Shown here piece by piece: positions 26,834 to 27,879 of a stretch of 27,879 bases of DNA. Both the position numbers and the translations under genes were made by a program. The notes beneath the pieces were generated by a model that had not been told where the DNA came from, ran no database searches, and worked only from the letters and a program-made list of their open reading frames with translations. The DNA comes from Bacilli bacterium (lineage in GTDB: Bacteria > Bacillota_I > Bacilli_A > ML615J-28 > CAG-698). The DNA lies in contig DATCKF010000040.1 of NCBI GenBank assembly GCA_036562395.1, positions 1 to 27,879 of the forward strand. Direction: 5' to 3'. Every line of letters starts with the position of its first letter. The first letter of the stretch is position 1.

Positions 26834-27871
26834 ATGAATGACAACAGACAGCAGAAGGGCAGAATGAATGTCGGAGTAGACTTAGGTACTTCTAGCCTTC
26901 TCATTTATGTTGAAGGTCGAGGAACTGTCTTCAATGAACCCTCGATCATTGCTGTTGACAAAGCAACCAAGAAAGTCGTTGCTGTTGGTTATGAAGCTGC
27001 GCAATTAGTTGGTAAAGTTCATGATAAGGTTGAAGTAGTTCGACCTTTGCAAGGCGGAGTGATTTCGGATGTGGAAATGATTCGTGAGATCTTACTTTAC
27101 ACTTTCGAAAAATTGTTTGGTGATAGTGATTCAAAGATCAATCGATTGTTGATGTGTGTACCTTCAGGAATTACTGAAACTGAAAAGCAAGCGATGATTA
27201 AGTTAGGTCAAGAATTAGGTGTTGATGACATGCGCATCGAAGAAGAAATTAAAGCCGCTGCAATTGGTGGTGGAATTGATATCTTCGTGCCATTAGGACA
27301 TTTAGTTGTTGACATTGGTGGTGGAACAACTGATTTTGGTGTTTTAGCACTTGGTGATGTTGTTCTTGGTCGTTCAACAAAAGTAGCAGGCGACGAGTTT
27401 GATCGTCAAATTACAAATTATGTAAAAGAAAAACACAAACTCGAAATTGGACCTCAAACCGCTGAAAGAATTAAAATTCATCTAGCATCTTTAACTGGTG
27501 ATTATCCTGAAGATGAAGAAGGAAACGTAGTTACTTATAATGCGATGGGTCGAGATTTAGTAACAGGTTTACCAAAAATGGTTGTTATTGAAGCTCATGA
27601 GATTCGATCAATTTTATTAAGTTGTTTTGAAACAATAAAATCAACATTAATTGCAACTTTAGAATCGACACCACCAGAATTATCAGGTGACTTAGTTGAT
27701 ACTGGCATTCTTGTAACTGGAGGAGGAGCTTTAATTAAAGGTATTAAAGAATACTTCGAAGATATTACAGGAGTGAAAGTAGAGGTTGCAACTTCACCAA
27801 TTACAGCTGTAATTGATGGAACAAAACGTCTTTTAAAAATCAATAGCCACCATTATTATGGGGAGTATTAG
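26834..27871 (+). CDS. mreB: actin-like protein MreB, Spiroplasma/Haloplasma-type (345 aa)
   Basis: GVDLGTS, NEPSIIA, RPLQGGVISD, VPSGITE, VDIGGGTTD, GRDLVTGLP, TPPELSGD, TGGGALI. Start is ATG 26834 behind AAGGAGG; the track's TTG 26804 lies in the terminator tail. Confidence 0.95.
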   Translation: MNDNRQQKGRMNVGVDLGTSSLLIYVEGRGTVFNEPSIIAVDKATKKVVAVGYEAAQLVGKVHDKVEVVRPLQGGVISDVEMIREILLYTFEKLFGDSDSKINRLLMCVPSGITETEKQAMIKLGQELGVDDMRIEEEIKAAAIGGGIDIFVPLGHLVVDIGGGTTDFGVLALGDVVLGRSTKVAGDEFDRQITNYVKEKHKLEIGPQTAERIKIHLASLTGDYPEDEEGNVVTYNAMGRDLVTGLPKMVVIEAHEIRSILLSCFETIKSTLIATLESTPPELSGDLVDTGILVTGGGALIKGIKEYFEDITGVKVEVATSPITAVIDGTKRLLKINSHHYYGEY

Positions 27872-27879
27872 AGGTGTAA

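Noticed and set aside
560-27843. Short overlapping ORFs from the track (560-763, 980-1276, 4919-5122, 10263-10445, 12307-12501, 13924-14286, 14950-15237, 16303-16506, 18145-18327, 18376-18633, 19073-19267, 20581-20853, 25175-25363, 26946-27134, 27595-27843)
   Set aside because: All lie antisense to or within well-supported genes, and I saw no convincing RBS or recognisable motif; shadow ORFs.
26834-27871. Somewhat higher GC in mreB as a sign of horizontal transfer
   Set aside because: Spot counts vary widely along the gene and look comparable to other conserved enzymes here such as cysK; no integrase, transposase or flanking repeats.
1-27879. UGA-as-Trp genetic code (Mycoplasma/Spiroplasma type)
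   Set aside because: TGA acts as the stop at 9249 and 9996, long ORFs are intact under code 11, and Trp is encoded by TGG.

Overview
Low-GC, genetic-code-11 chromosomal window. It looks like a mollicute-related or basal Bacilli genome (Acholeplasmatales/Haloplasmatales-like; lineage inferred from a DUF2779 nuclease, an Ig-repeat lipoprotein and a Spiroplasma-type MreB). Left to right: 5' part of a serine-palmitoyltransferase-like PLP enzyme (minus, cut by the window edge); mnmG-rsmG-parA-mscS-DUF951-DUF554 with no parB; two heterodimeric ABC exporters, the first followed by an alpha/beta hydrolase; a Sel1-repeat protein; a DUF2779 dual nuclease; cysK; a DUF2179-type membrane protein; an Ig-repeat/C39-peptidase lipoprotein; an SGNH hydrolase-exonuclease/BRCT-RluA-aldo/keto reductase-membrane protein run; a DUF11 protein; two small ORFs missed by the ORF track (a YjcZ-family sporulation peptide and a 52-aa orphan); and mreB. 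The top finding is a complete c-di-GMP-I (GEMM) riboswitch with its own sigmaA promoter and a readable two-state terminator platform, predicted OFF when ligand is bound. It sits directly upstream of an MreB carrying Spiroplasma-type signatures, which suggests c-di-GMP control of an actin-based shape or motility system. Secondary findings are sporulation-type signals (YjcZ peptide, four sigmaE-like promoters with identical spacing) and a possible sphingolipid-synthesis enzyme. All family assignments come from motif recognition by eye; no database search or folding program was run.
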